64,000 nucleotides of DNA, from NCBI RefSeq assembly GCF_044704955.1, contig NC_091984.1, positions 147,498,001-147,562,000 of the forward strand. The letters are read 5' to 3'. Source of the DNA: Pristiophorus japonicus (taxonomy: Eukaryota). The position numbers and the translations under genes are program-made. Shown one piece after another: positions 63,596 through 64,000 of this stretch. The notes below the pieces were generated by a model. The model saw nothing but the letters and a program-made list of their open reading frames with translations. It did no database searches and was not told the DNA's origin. How positions within the stretch are numbered: the stretch's first letter is position 1; each line of letters starts with the position of its first letter.

Positions 63596-64000
63596 TCCTC
63601 ATCCACCCTCTGTTACCTCATCAAAAAATGCAATCAAGTTAGTCACATGATTTGCCCGTAACCACTAGGTGCTGCCTCTCCGTTATTGGTCCGTGCTTAT
63701 CCACATGGCTGCTCATTTTCTCGTGGATTATTGACCTTGAAGCTCCCTCACCATAATGTTAAACTGCTCGGCCTGTCATTGGCAGCTTTATCCCTCTCCC
63801 CTTTTTTGAACAAGGGTGTAATATTTACAATCCTCAGTCCCCTGGCCCCTGTATCTAATGAGGATTGGACGATTGTGGTCCGCCACTCTGCACTTTCTAC
63901 CTTTCCCTCAGTACCCGAGGATGGCTCCTGTCCGCACCGGGTTACTTATCCACTTTAATTATTTCCATCCTTTCCAGTACCTCCTCTTTATCTACTTTTA

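Overview
Repeat-dense vertebrate DNA, almost certainly from a cartilaginous fish (shark-type CR1 LINEs with (TTTCTATG)n tails, Deu-domain SINEs, a cluster-type Ig light-chain gene). Three layers are visible. (1) At 1-7245 is a degenerate class I (epsilon/gamma-like) endogenous retrovirus: gag, pro-pol, env, PPT and 3' LTR, with the 5' LTR outside the window. Its gag/pol junction looks like a -1 ribosomal frameshift site rather than the UAG read-through typical of this class. (2) A single unrearranged kappa-type (type III/NS4-like) light-chain cluster: promoter, leader (22074), V with a 12-RSS, J with a 23-RSS (25220), a 16-kb intron and an intact C exon (41396-41724). A young CR1 LINE sits inside codon 4 of the mature V, and J has lost its FGxG motif. 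(3) A heavy overlay of CR1, RTE and Tx1 LINEs, SINEs, MITEs, a Harbinger transposon, four further LTR-element relics (one with a non-gamma env tail), minisatellites and an 11-bp satellite. Two dense clusters of nuclear-receptor half-sites lie in or beside the Ig cluster: a 5x DR3 array upstream of V and an ER6/DR4/DR1 cluster about 1 kb before C. Repeat coordinates were read by eye and are approximate; family assignments are from recognised motifs, not database searches.
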